From Octopus sinensis (Eukaryota), in assembly GCF_006345805.1 (NCBI RefSeq), contig NC_042997.1:81158001-81222000 (forward strand): DNA of 64,000 nt, in the 5' to 3' direction. The position numbers and the translations under genes are program-made. Below, in pieces: positions 25,397 to 38,790 of the stretch. The first letter of the stretch is position 1; every line of letters starts with the position of its first letter. The notes under the pieces were generated by a model. That model was not told the DNA's origin. It searched no databases and saw only the letters and a list, made by a program, of their open reading frames with translations.

Positions 25397-26021
25397 CCTT
25401 TCTAGCATAAGCACTAGGCTACAAATATGAAGGATAAGGTTAGTCAGCTAAATCAATAACAATGTTTGACTGGTTACTTTGTTTTATCAATCTACAGAAG
25501 AGTGAAAGGCAAAACTAAATTCACCCGAATTTGAACTTAGAATGTAAAGGACATTAACTAAATAGTGATTTCAGATTTTGTGGGAGGAGTGTAAGTCAAC
25601 TACATCGACCCCAGTACTCAACTGGTACTTATTTTATCAATCCTGAAAAGATGAAAGGCAAAGTCAACCCCAGTGAAATTTGAGCTCAGAACGTAGAGAC
25701 AGATGAAATACCACTAGGCATTTTCCCCGGCATGCTAATGACTCTGCCAGCTCACCACCTTTAAAATATTGATTTCAAATTTTGGTACAAGGCCAGCAAT
25801 TTCATGGGAAGGGGCTAGTCAATGGCATCAAGCTCAGTGTTTAACAGGTACTTATCTTATCGACTACAAAAGGATGAAAGGTAAAGTCAACTCAAGCAGA
25901 ATTTGAACAGAGATTGAAAACAGAAGGAATGCTGCCAAACATTTTGCCTAGTATGCAAATGGTTCTGTATTAACTAAATATTGGAAAGCATTTTATCGAA
26001 TGTTCTTATGACTGACTTCAC

Positions 26022-26089
<68 letters not shown>

Positions 26090-26399
26090 TTAATAATGAT
26101 AATAATAACCATGGTAAGAAAACTGGCGTGTGCAGGAGCAAGGAAGAGGAGGTTGGAGAGTAAGCCTATTACCAGATACTAAGTACTGTTCAATGTTTAG
26201 CATACACTTGCATTCTATAGTGGGTTATGAATGATGAATGGCTTAAGTGTTACTATGGAAATACTGTACTTATAGGTCTAGAGGAATTTCAGGGTGAAGA
26301 TTATAGTTAATTTCTGAAAATTCTTTACCTGGTAATTTTTTCATCATTTCATCAAGAACAACTGGTACAGGAAAACAAGGAAGCTGAAATAATTACACA

Positions 26400-27690
26400 G
26401 ATGCAAATTGCAGTATCTGAGAAATACTATTTGACTTACAAAGACTGTCTGCCCTGATCTCAAGCCTCCTTCATCTTTTCTTATGTAGTGACTGTCGATA
26501 TCGATGTTCCTGTGGAAGTTTCCAGTTGATTTCTAGACCTTGTAGGTTTTGATATGGAATGAATTTCCTCTACAGACCATTCAGGCATCCCAAATGATAC
26601 TGAAAATACACCGTGAGATGTTATCTTGTTGTAAGATAAGAATTCCCATTTTTCTAAGTCTGGTGTAATATTCTCAAGTCATCCTATCTTTATTCACAGC
26701 ACCTTTGCATATGTTTTCATCAATGCCTAGGTATTTGCAGCATTCTATGTGTAGAACAAGAGAGAAAGAGATTCTAGTAATGCAGAGATTCAAGATTAGG
26801 GATACTGATTTTCCACATCCAACAAACAAATACAAACCTATCTTTTGGCCAAATTCCATTCTTATGTCAATTGAAAATGATGTTAATAAAGACTAGCTGT
26901 TTTTTAGCATTGTAAATATTTTTATCATACATCTTCAGGTGATCCACAAAGAAATTATGGGTTACATTGGTATCTTTAGCAGTTGCAGATCCTAGCATAT
27001 AGCCATTGGATATTTTGTTACATAAGTGATAACAAATTTAATGCTTAAATGAACAGAAGTGCAGAAAGATTATCTCCTTGGAATATTCCCTTTGAAATAT
27101 TTATAACATTGGAGATGATCATTCCACTTTCAGTTGTAAGAGCAAGTCTTTGTGAGCCTCTCAATGGCAGCAAAGTAATTTTTCTAAATGCAGAGACTTC
27201 AGTAACCATGAATGAGGAATAGAGTTGAATGCTTTAATTAAACCATACTGTCACAAGGTTTATGCACTTTTTTTTTACTTTGGACAGCATCGCTTTGTTT
27301 ATCTGAAATTGTTCAGTACATCCTCACACACCCTTGTTTCCACCTGCCTACTCAACCATCACTGTTGTTGAATTCATAGTGATCCTGGAGGAATTGGTTG
27401 AGACATCTTATGTAAAGTTTGTACATAATGTTTATGCATCTAATGGCCATATAGTTTTCTGCCAAGTTGCTGGTTTCATTCTTGGCCACAACATCTGTCC
27501 ATGATATAACAAACCAATTTGTTATGTCAATCTGGCCTTCCATGCTTCTTTTAAATGTACATATACAATATCCTTCAGCTTCTCAGGCATCAGTTTGGGT
27601 GTTGTGCCAAGTACACAACTTATCTCCATTTCTCTAGTTAAGTCCTGATATTTCTTAATTTTTTTCAATTTCTTAATTATTATTATTATT
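26400..27690 (-). pseudogene. Decayed R4-type RT fragment
   Basis: Remnants NYMAIRCINIMYKLY (cf. NYRPITCL..YK) and KYLGIDEN in short minus-strand ORFs. Confidence 0.6.
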
Positions 27691-28010
27691 CTCCTGTGCC
27701 CGTGGAATGTAAAAAACATCAACCAATTGTGACCAACGCCAGTACCCCCTTACTGGTTCCTGTGCCTGTGGCACGTAAAAAGCACCATCCAAACGTGATC
27801 ATTGCCAGGCCTGCCTTACTGGCTCCTGTGCCAATGGCACCTAAAAAGCACCCACCACACTCTCAGAGTGGCTGGCGTTAGGAAGGGCATCCAGCTGTAG
27901 AAACTCTACCAGACCAAATTGCAGCCTGGTGCAGCCATTGGTTCTCCAGACCTCAGTCAAATCGTCCAACCCATGCCAGCATGGAAAACAGACATTAATC
28001 GATGATGATG

Positions 28011-28103
<93 letters not shown>

Positions 28104-28721
28104 CTGCATGCATAAGCAAAAGCAGGGTATTATAGTCACCCATCTTAGTCTGTTTGTCTATGTGTTTGCAACATTAATGGAAAACAGCTGAACAGATTTT
28201 CATCACATTTGGCAGAAATATTCATTGGGTGAGTGGGTTAAAAAGATGAACATTTGGTTTGATTATCTTTAAAAACAAATTGAACTTACAAATTTCCTGA
28301 TAAGCAAGTGGTCATATTATTTTGTTTACTTTCTTTTTCATATGAATCAACTCCTGTTTGCATGTGTATAAATCATGGTGTACCAATGGGCACAGACACA
28401 TGTGAGTACCTACATACATATGCAACTGTGTGTGTGTGTGTGTGTGTGTGTCTGTCTGTCTTTTGTCTGTCTGTGTGGTGTGTGTGTGCACGTACATGTG
28501 TGTGTATGTGTACACTGATGGATTCAAGGGTTTCGTTTATTTACAAATTAATTTCTTAATTTCGCTGAAGTATAAATACCTAAAATGGTAATACTTAAAA
28601 AAACAAATTTTTTAAAGTAATCCAGTTCAACTGAAAAGTAACGCGTTGTAAGTCACACTATGATTTGTGAAAAAATTTATCTGCACGCAGGGTATGCATT
28701 GCCCCTCGAATGCCTTTTTTC

Positions 28722-28786
<65 letters not shown>

Positions 28787-29049
28787 CATCATTATTATCA
28801 TGATTTCAATTCCTAGACAAGGTGGTGCATTGTGTTCTTAAACAAAACACTTCATCTCACATTGCTCCGTAATTACTTCAACACTTGACACATGGTACAC
28901 CATGCATTCAGGCAACATCGATTTGGTGGACAGAGTGGACTAATGTGCAGCACATTCGTTTGATCACTACAAACAAATCCTTTGTGCAGGACATTCAGCA
29001 AACACGGAACACTCATACGTCTTCAATGAAAGAGTCCTTCATTGTTTTT

Positions 29050-29275
29050 CGAGCTGGCAGAATCGTTAGCACACTGGGCGAAATGCGTAGCCGTATTTCA
29101 TCTGCCGTTATGTTCTGAGTTCAAATTCCACCGAGGTTGACTTTGCCTTTCATCCTTTCGGAGTCGATAAATTAAGTACCAGTTACGCACTGGGGTCGAT
29201 GTAATCGACTTAACCCGTTTGTCTGTCCTTGTTTGTCCTCTCTGTGTTTAGCCCCTTGTGGGTAATAAAGAAACA
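29050..29275 (+). mobile_element. tRNA-derived SINE family S2, best-preserved copy
   Basis: gagctggcagaatcgttagc...ttctgagttcaaattcc...ctttgcctttcatcctttcg. Many further copies in 13830-14060, 15590-18120, 24480-25970, 50690-50860, 53010-53195 and 56935-57520. Confidence 0.85.
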
Positions 29276-29872
29276 TATTATTATTATTATTATTATTATT
29301 ATTATCATCTCGAATTTTTGCACAAGACCAGCAATTTTTTTTGTTGTGGGGAGATAGTTGATTTTATTGACTTCAGTACATGGTTTTATTTTATCAACCC
29401 TGAAAGGATGAAATGTAAAGTTAATCTCAATGGTATTTGAGCTCCGAACATAAAAAGCCAGAAAAAATGCTACTAAACCAGCAAGAATGATAATTAATTT
29501 CAAGATGAAGCAAATACTATAAGTTCAAGGAATTTTTGAAATGGAAAGATTATGGGGTGAAATATACTCAGAGGGAGCAGGTGAGAGCTAAGCTATTGAC
29601 AGGTTATGGTACTGAGTTACATCCCATTTGAGTCTTCAAATTTGGTAAAAAAAAAAGCAATTTCTGGTTGCTTAATATTTGTGAGGATACCATAGAGTCA
29701 ATAGAGTGACAGAGCATTGTCTCAATATTATCATGTTCATTCAAGCATGTACGCATCTTAATGGTCATTAGGCATCAGTCCTAGTAAGCCCATAAAAGAA
29801 TTTTTATGCAGTCAAACTGATCACTGATAATAATGATGATGATTACAATTACTACTACTGCTGCTGCTGCTG

Positions 29873-29917
<45 letters not shown>

Positions 29918-30788
29918 TTATATCGATATTCAATATTCTTAATAAATAAATGCAATATTCAGAACTAAGTCAATTAATGAAATGACAAATTAACCAATTA
30001 ATTAATAAATAATGAATCCATTAATTAAAATCACATCCCAGAAAGAGTGATTACTATGAACTTCCTATTGCAGAGTTTATTTATCAGATTTCAAGGCTTG
30101 GTGTAAAATAAACAAATCATCACCACAAGATAGTAATTTAACAATTATATTCTTGGTGAAGAAAATTAAAGATTGCAGAGGAAGAAAATACGGCTAAAAA
30201 AAAATTAAGAAATTCTGAAAATAGAGTTTTAAAAGATAAAATAACTATTATGCATGTATAAGAAAGGCATGCTTAGGTACAGATTTGGCTGTGTGATGAG
30301 AATTTTATTCCCAACCCCATGGTTTCAGGTTTAGTCCCACTGCATGGTACCTTGGGCAGGTATCTTCTACTTTGGAAGACCTAAGCCTTGTGAGTTGATT
30401 TGGTAGATAGAAATTGAAAGAAGCCCATCATGTATGTGTGTGTGTGTGTTTGTGTATGTGTGGATGTGTTACTGTCTCCTTGAAATTGTGTGATAGCTGT
30501 AAACGAGTCTCACTGTCACACAAGTGATGTTATGCATTTCCAATCTGCTGAGACATGTCTGCTGCTCATGGGGAAATATTACCTTAATTAGAAACATGTG
30601 AGAGTTGGCAACACAAAAGGCATCCAGCTGTAGAAAATTTACCTCAAGAAATTCTGTCTAACCCATGCAAGTATGGAAAAGTGGATGTTAATATGATGGT
30701 GATGATGATGTCATTCATTATAACCCAAGTTTCAAAATCAACCAGTTAAAAAAGAAATTAAAAATACATTTCATATATATATATATAT

Positions 30789-31525
30789 ATAACTAATGTA
30801 GGATAAATTTTTTTTCAGGAAAAGAATTTTATCAATGGCCAGCATATCAAAAAATACCTTTAAAGGTTAAATTTATAAATAATTTACAAGATAAGGGCAA
30901 AAGAAAAATTCTAATGCCAAATATGCCGAAAAAAAGACAAAACTTTTCAATAACCATTATAATTTATGCATCTCGAAACAAACCGATAGAAATCTCTAAA
31001 AAATTTGTTATTACCGTATTGGTCCAATTTTGGGGTTAATTAATAAATTTTCCCCTCTTCAGTGGCAAATACGCGAGATATAAGTGAAATACTTACTCAC
31101 ACCCATGGAAAAAGCAAGCACTAAGTCCAGAGCAGACCTAAGTACCCCAAATATATCCAAAATAGAAAAATTCTTCGGCACATCTCGAGACACGTGTGAT
31201 TCAAACTAGAAACTTTCACAGAATGAGAGAATCCGGAAGTGAAACACTATTCAATTTATAACTAATGTAGGATAAAATTTTTTTCGGGAAAAAAATTTTA
31301 TCAATGGCCAGCATATCAAAAAATACCTTTAAAGGTATTTGCCGCTGAAGAGGGGAAAATTTATTAATTAACCCCAAAATTGGACTAGTACGGTAATAAC
31401 GAATTTTTTAGAGATTTCTATCGGTTTGTTTTGAGACGCATAAATTATAATGGTTATTGAAAAGTTTTGTCTTTTTTTCGGCATATTTGGCATTAGAATT
31501 TTTCTTTTGCCCTTATCTTGTAAAT
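30789..31525. repeat. Composite repeat A - B(inverted) - spacer - A - B
   Basis: A is a ~77-bp direct repeat (30789-30866 and 31258-31335); B is a 191-bp inverted repeat (30882-31072 and 31335-31525). Confidence 0.93.
31339..31396 (+). ncRNA. Type I hammerhead motif, degenerate (G12A); mirror copy on - strand at 31011-31068
   Basis: Stem I ttgccg/cggtaa; CUGAAGA; stem II gggg/cccc; aaaa instead of GAAA; near-palindromic stem III attggaccaat in the left-arm copy. Confidence 0.7.
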
Positions 31526-32478
31526 ATATATATTTATATATATATATATAAAAATACAAACTGGGACAAGAATGCAAAACATTTAGAAGACGATACAAAA
31601 AACACGGACAGGACATTCGAAGCCTTCGATCTTTAGTCAAGAACCGGATCATCCTCGCAATTTCGGCTGATTACTCTTGAGATTGCTTTGATCTGGCCAG
31701 CCCCAAAGGAAAATCTAAGCCAAGCACATTAGATTCTTTGGAAGAAAACCTCGAATGTATACAAAACAAGGACAGAAAAATGGACGATGCTACACGAATA
31801 AGAATACAAAAATACGTAAAAACAATAATGATAATAATAATAACAAAAACAGGACGTCACAGACAGGCGTCTTTCGACAGGACGAGTAAACTTTGAGCTG
31901 GCGTGTTAGAAAAATGCCTTAGGGCAGAGAGAAAAAAATGTGTCTTGCTGCGACGACTGCTAAGCACAAAAGGCCGGCAATCGGTCAGTCAGTAATGTGT
32001 GAGGAGAAGAGAGAGGAAAAGAGGGACAGATGAATTAAGGGTGGGGGAGTCTGTGCAAGTGCCACATAAAAAGCACTCAACCCACTCTACGGAATGGTTG
32101 GTGTTAGGAAGGGCATCCAGCTGTAAAAACTATACCAAAACAAACTCAGAAGCATGGTGCAGGCTCCCACCTGATCAGTTCCTGTCAAGCCATCCAACCT
32201 AACCTATGCCAGTATGGAAGGAGGACATTAAACAATGATGATGATGATGTTGATGGTGATGATGATGGTATATATATATATATATATACACACACACAAA
32301 CACACACACACACACACACATATATACATATATATACATATATGTATGAATATATACATATCACTGTGATCACCATGACCAACCAGGTTATCAGATGTTG
32401 CTACACATCGCTGGTCACAATGCACTTCGCATTGTTTTAGCCTTCAAATGACGCCACCCTCTGGCTAAGCGAGCAGGC

Positions 32479-32550
<72 letters not shown>

Positions 32551-32581
32551 ATATATATATATATATATGTAATATATATAT

Positions 32582-32631
<50 letters not shown>

Positions 32632-32671
32632 AATATATATATAAATTGAAACTGATTTGAAGATCGGAATT

Positions 32672-32715
32672 CCACCTGACGAATGTCATTTGAAGACATG
32701 AAACGATTGTAGTGG
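32672..32715 (+). ncRNA. Minimal type I hammerhead ribozyme, intact core
   Basis: Stem I ccac/gtgg; CUGACGA at 32676-32682; stem II atgtc/gacat; GAAAC; stem III ac-gatt-gt; GUA cleavage after 32711. Confidence 0.82.
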
Positions 32716-32799
32716 CGGTTTATTTACTTTATATTAAAATTTTATGTATTGATTAAGTCTTTCCTTGTTTGTTTTGCAAAATAGTGGTTTTGTCTCGAA

Positions 32800-32836
<37 letters not shown>

Positions 32837-33236
32837 GTCCGTTGCCAGCCTCGCCTGGCCCCCGTGCCGGTGACACGTAAAAGCACCATCCATTTCGTGG
32901 CCGTTTGCCAGCTCTGTCTGGCCCCTGTGTTGGTGGCATGTAAAAGAACCATCCATTCGTGTCCGTTGCCAGTCTCGCCTGGCCCCCGTGCCGGTGACAC
33001 ATAAAAGCACCATCCGTTCGTGGCCGTTTGCCAGCTCTGTCTGGCACCTGTGCGGGTGGCACGTAAAAAGCACCCACTACACTCACGGAGTGGTTGGCGT
33101 TAGGAAGGGCATCCAGCTGTAGAAACACTGCCAGATCTGACTGGGCCTGATGAAGCCTTCCAGCTTCACAGACCGCAGTTGAACCGTCCAAGCCATGCTA
33201 GCATGGAAAACGGACGCTAAATGATGATGATGATGA

Positions 33237-33279
<43 letters not shown>

Positions 33280-33409
33280 TAATTTACAAGGAAAGATCCA
33301 GAGAAACAGTTACTAGGGTAGCTAAATGTCACATAAGTGCCTAAGAAAATAGTAACCACACTTGCATGGGTAATAATTCTGAGGAGAAATGATACATAGT
33401 TTGGAGAAC

Positions 33410-33522
33410 ATAGGAGTAATGAAAAATGGAGACAAACGCACAAGATGTTATTTAAATATTAATTGTGATATAAATGATTTAAATAACATTTTGTGTTTGT
33501 CTCCATTTTCCATTACTCTTAT
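33410..33522. repeat. Short foldback, ~47-bp arms and 19-bp loop
   Basis: 33410-33457 is approximately the reverse complement of 33477-33522. Confidence 0.85.
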
Positions 33523-33961
33523 ATATATTCTTTTATTTGTTTCGGCCATTTGACTGTGGCCATGCTGGAGCACTGCCTTTAGTTGAACAAATCGACTCCA
33601 GGACTTATTCTTTGTAAGCCTAGTACTTATTCTATTGGTTTCTTTTGCTGAACCACTAAGTTACAGGGATGTAAACACACAAACATCAGTTGTCAAGTGA
33701 TGGTAAGGGGAGAAACACAGACACACAAACACAGACACACACACACACATATATATACATATATATTTATATATATATATACAATGGGCTTCTTTCAGTT
33801 TCCATTTACCAAATACATTCACACGACATTGGTCAGCCCAAGACTATAGTAGAAGACACTTGCCCGTGGTGCCATGCAGTGGGACTGAACCCAGAACCAT
33901 GTGGTTGGTAAGCAAGCTACTTACCACACAGTCACAGACACACACATATATGATATATGTA

Positions 33962-33997
<36 letters not shown>

Positions 33998-34129
33998 AAT
34001 GTAAGATCCAAGGATCAAGGCTTAGGAAGAAGGTTAGCTTCAAGCAAACCATAGAAGATATGAAAAAACTTTCAAGAACAATAGTGGTTTATTGAGGTGG
34101 AAGGTTGTGGATTTTTTCCATTTCGAAGT

Positions 34130-37128
34130 ATGGTAAGCTGAAAAAATGTTTTATATTTCACAGTAGGTAGGAAGGGTTGCCAGGTATGTGAACATTCCAC
34201 ATCTCGCCCACCTCATATCAACTTAAAGGATCACAAAAAATACTTCACAGTGATCCCTTCCATTCACCTCATCTGCCCCTCTGGCTCTGGAATAGGTAAG
34301 ATTAGCAAAACTATACTAGATCTGACTATGCCCCAGCTTCCTGCTACATCCACATTAAAACTTTGGGCCAAAACTACTGAAGCCATCCAGTGGTTCAATT
34401 ATCTAAGCCCCAAACAAACTTTTAGATTTATCCAGGTTGACATTGATAGCATATCCTCTAATTTTTACCTGAAAACACTCCAAGTTTTAGCCCACCGAAA
34501 TATCATACAATGGGAAATTCTGGGCCCGCAAGGATACACCCAACTTTTTTGACATCTCTATGGGGGCCAGTGACTCCACCCAAGTTATGGACCTTGTAGG
34601 CTTTTACCTACTTAATGGTCTCCACAAACAACTCCTTAATATCTCCAGTGGTCTATAGAGCTGATGCTCTGTTCGCAATCCAAATTTCTAGCAACCAGAT
34701 AACTGAACAGACTAGAAAAATTTAAGAAGTCTTTTTCAAAATGTTGGCCTTAGCATCTCCTTTTGTAACAACCTTAAAACTGCTAATTTCTTAGACATAA
34801 CCCTGGGCTTGCAAACCAAACCTTCTACCCATACTAAAAACCTGGAGAAAACCTCATCTATGTCAATTACTCCTCCAACCATCTTCCCTCCATCCTAAAA
34901 TTTATTGTAGAGAGCATTTCTTACTGGATTTCCTTACTATCTGCTAATAAGGAACTATTCGACCAGTATGCAGAATATTATAATTGGGCTCTACAATGCA
35001 CTGGTTATAAAAATTTAGTCAAATATATCCCCATGCAGAACATTCCCCTTTCCACTAAACTCAAATCTAAAACCAGTTCCATCACCCCCAAATAATGAAC
35101 ATAACATCCTCCTATCCTGCCACTCCAATACCCATCCAAATTTCAGAGTAGCTGACGACCCAACAGACAATCCTCCCACCAGATGATTCCAAATCCTAAA
35201 CACATTGCAACCCACTAGTATCAACACCCGCACACACATCCAAAGCCTTATTCTCGCTCCAATAACACCCCTAATTGGACTAAACAAACAAGAACCTACA
35301 ATGTTATCTGGTTCCACTCCCACTTCATCCTTAATGTTCAGTCTCAAGTATCTAAACTCTTCTTCACCCAAATTGAAAAACACTTCCCTAAATCCAGTCC
35401 CCTTTGAAAAATATTTAACCCCCAATCTATAAAATTGCCTTACTCTGCCACCACCAACATTGCCAGAGTAATCTGACTTCTTGATGACAAGAAACTCAGA
35501 AATCCACAAACAGCTAAGCTCTACCCTAATAACATAGCTCATCCTAACCCCCAGCATCATGCATATAAAACCAGAACAACAATAAACCCCCTTACCAACA
35601 CTAACCCTCAAACCTCCTCTTATAATTCCACTATTAACACCTAATCCATAAACTTGCCTCAAGACCCAACAAAACTTCATGCAAAAATAAAGAACGGTAT
35701 AGATGATATTGCATATGAAAACTATCATATTATACAACCCCTCAATGCCTCCCTCAGCCCCATGATAAATACCATTTTTAACAACACCACTAATAGTGAA
35801 CCTAACACTGGTCCTTCACTTAATAACAATTACTCCACAAATTCATCCAGAACACCACTCATGAAACTAAACAGTTTCAGGTGCCCAACCTCCTACCCTT
35901 TAGATAATCACAGTCTTTCTAAAAACATCATTTACAAATGCACAGTATCAGCTGCCAACCATAATTACATATATATCAGCTAGTACAGCACCACCTTCAA
36001 AGCTCGAGTGCACAACCACTACTCCAGCCTCAAGTCCCAAACAAAATCCAACAGTACATTTTTACCTGAGCTTATCTATAAACTTAAGAATGAATCAATT
36101 TCTTACTCTCTCAAGTGGTTCATAGTCACCCATGCTAAACTGTACTCCAACTATAATGAGTGTGATCTCTGCATAGCTGAAGTCTTAGCTATTTTGCAAT
36201 CTACAGATTGTCTTAATGAATGCAACAGTATAACTTTTACAAACAAACATCCATTATGCAACCTATTCTCAAAATACAAATAAGAACCCCTCCTCTGCAT
36301 CATTTCCTAAATTCCCCCCTGCCATCATAGACATTCCCCCTTATTAACCCTCACAACTGTTAAGAATTTAAACCACCAATATATTCCCATTATATTCAAT
36401 ATAACCCCTTTTTTCTTATCTATATCTATCTATCTTTATTTCCTGACTATTTATACCATTTAATTACTCTTTCCTACCTGCCCCCACCCCTTCCCCACCC
36501 CACTTTTATATACTTACAAGTACATATGCCTACATACACATTTATTATTTCATATAGTACACATATTTACACACAACAATATACATTCCTTAATTCTTAA
36601 ATTGTAGTATTCTTCCTCATTTCCTTTAGACTTTCAATTTTTGCTACTACACCATCACTTCAGGCATATATTTTCCTCTCTTTTGACCACAAATGCAGCC
36701 CCACCACTTCCCTCCACATTATCCTTTTAAATACCACTCCCCTTGCATATCTCTATGACTCAGTCAAAATGGCCCTATCAAAAGCCACCTGTGAAATGAC
36801 CTTGCTTAAATTCCTTACAACTCTCCCACTCCCTTATGTCTGTTCATTCTTTTTCTCTTTTCTATATTCCTTTTCTTCTTACACTCCTAATTCTCTCCTC
36901 AAAATATATTCTCCATTCTAACTATCCTCTCAACACATTCTGATTGAATTGTCCATGTGTTGACATGTACCTCCTTACAACAATATAAACTTCATTTAAT
37001 CAAGATACCCTTGGTCTGAATAGTAGCCTACAGTATATACCTTGTTTGGATACTTACCACTTCCAAGGTTCTGCTCACTATGAAACATATGTAGCCTGAA
37101 TACTATCTATTCCATTCCTTAACTCTTG

Positions 37129-37130
<2 letters not shown>
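34130..37130 (+). mobile_element. Decayed Penelope-like retroelement (RT, GIY-YIG endonuclease and 3' tail)
   Basis: RT remnants LKDHKK, IGKISKTILD, AIQWFNYL..FRFIQVDID, MGASDSTQVMDLVG, SNHLPSILK; GIY-YIG remnant CPT..SLSKNIIYKCTV...YIYIS..STTFKARVHNHYSS...CDLCIAE (35870-36283). Many frameshifts. Confidence 0.85.
37011..37098 (+). ncRNA. Degenerate hammerhead motif at the PLE 3' end (G8T), long stem II
   Basis: ctgaata...gtag/ctat...GAAAC-atat-GTA-gcctg with palindromic stem III acatatgt; stem I is partly decayed. Confidence 0.55.
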
Positions 37131-37181
<51 letters not shown>

Positions 37182-37362
37182 CAAATGTTTTACTTCACAA
37201 CTTTTTCCACTTCACAAAGCCTTTCTATATGATTGTGAACTTTTTTAAAAAACCTATAGCATTTTTTAAAAATATAACATTATCGATATGACTTCAAGTT
37301 CTGCAAGTAGGAGATATTTTAAGCTTTCTCAATTTTCAACCTATTTTAATCGATTAATTTGT

Positions 37363-37446
37363 ACCTCTCATGAGAGGAATGTGACTATATGTATCGACTG
37401 GAAAACTCACCCAATACAGAGGCATTCGTCGAAATGATCATAAGGT
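37363..37446 (+). ncRNA. Degenerate hammerhead motif (G5C), long stem II
   Basis: Stem I acct/aggt; core ctcatga; stem II gaggaatg/cattcgtc (1 mismatch); GAAA-t-gatc-a-TA. Confidence 0.65.
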
Positions 37447-38479
37447 TTTGCAATACTGCTTTTCTTTGGATTGTAATATTGGAGCACTTGAAATCTAACA
37501 TCCCGATGAACTTTTTATGTATTTTGTATTCGCATGACAAAGGAACTTGACCTACAATAATCTGTCATCCACTTTGATTTTTGTCATATTTTGCTCATAT
37601 TGAGCACTAATTAGGTGTGCTGCAACAAAGGTTTTCCTTTTTTCTTATATATATATATATATATAATGATATATGCAGGTGAGTAATAAGAAAACATCAG
37701 TTAGATATTTAAAATGTCAGTGATTGAAATTATGAAGTCTGCTACTCAAAAGAAGTAAGAAAATTATGTGTGACTATTTGCAGAGTAATGGTTAAATAAA
37801 ATATTGAAAATTTGAAGTATTGGACTCAAAGTAGTAACAAAATTGAAATTTAAAATTTTCAAAAATTGCTTTTTTAAAAAATATTTTAAAATATTTAAAA
37901 TAAAGCTATAAACATTATACAAGTTGTAAAATCTGCCAAGATAAAAATTATAAAAAAATAAACACAAAGGTCTATTAATGTGAAAGCTGTAAAAATTATA
38001 AAATCATGAAATAAGAACATATGGGAAATGCATGATTAAAGTGATTACAGCCAAACTGAAAATGTAGGAATTAAAACATTAATGGAGTTAAACAATTGAA
38101 ATTTACGATTTAAAATCACTGACTGGTAGCAGTAATAAAATGATATTAAAAAGCACTAAATTAACAATAAAGTTATATTTAAAATTTCCAATAAAAGTTA
38201 AGCCAAGTATGAGTTTATTGAGGTCCAATAAAAATTATTTAATAATTACTTGGTTAGGAAGAAGGTAGACAAAATATACATGAATACACAAACTGGCTAG
38301 TTTATTAGAATTGTACCACAAGATCTATTATATTTGTATTGGCATTTAGTTAATAATTCATTACATCTATTTATAAGACTATTTTATATGCCTCAGGATT
38401 TCTAATGCTCCAAATGAACATAGTCACCTCTACCACCCTGTTATGGAAAAGCCATTCTAATTACAAACCAAGATATTTC

Positions 38480-38790
38480 ATAGTTTAATTTTTCTTTTTC
38501 AAATCCCATATCAATTTGACCAGTGAAGTAATATTCTGCTTATGAGGCTTTTTAAATGAATGGACATGATTATATGATCTATGCTTTGGTTCCTATATAA
38601 TGAAAGGTAGTAGTGTATGGATATAAAGTACTTATAAATTATATATTTGGTAAGGCATTGATTGTTTAATGTACATTTGCTAGGAATTCTATAGTTACAT
38701 AAGTTTGGGGAGGCTTTGTTCATTAGAAAACCTCTTATTAGTAACTGGTTATCTTCTAGTATTTTATTTAGAAGGTTCCACATCAGCTAT
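38480..38790 (-). pseudogene. Penelope-like GIY-YIG endonuclease fragment
   Basis: CNYRIPSKCTLNNQCLTKYIIYK resembles the CNC...CPL...CL...IIYK block preceding the PLE GIY-YIG. Confidence 0.65.

Noticed and set aside
26329-26383. Minus-strand 55-bp exon candidate (LPCFPVPVVLDEMMKKLP)
   Set aside because: Splice signals are plausible, but it abuts a decayed LINE and the peptide is unrecognised; insufficient support.
31590-31720. Minus-strand structured repeat with ggctg/cagcc-gaaa as a ribozyme
   Set aside because: No CUGANGA at the required position; folds as a bulged hairpin only.
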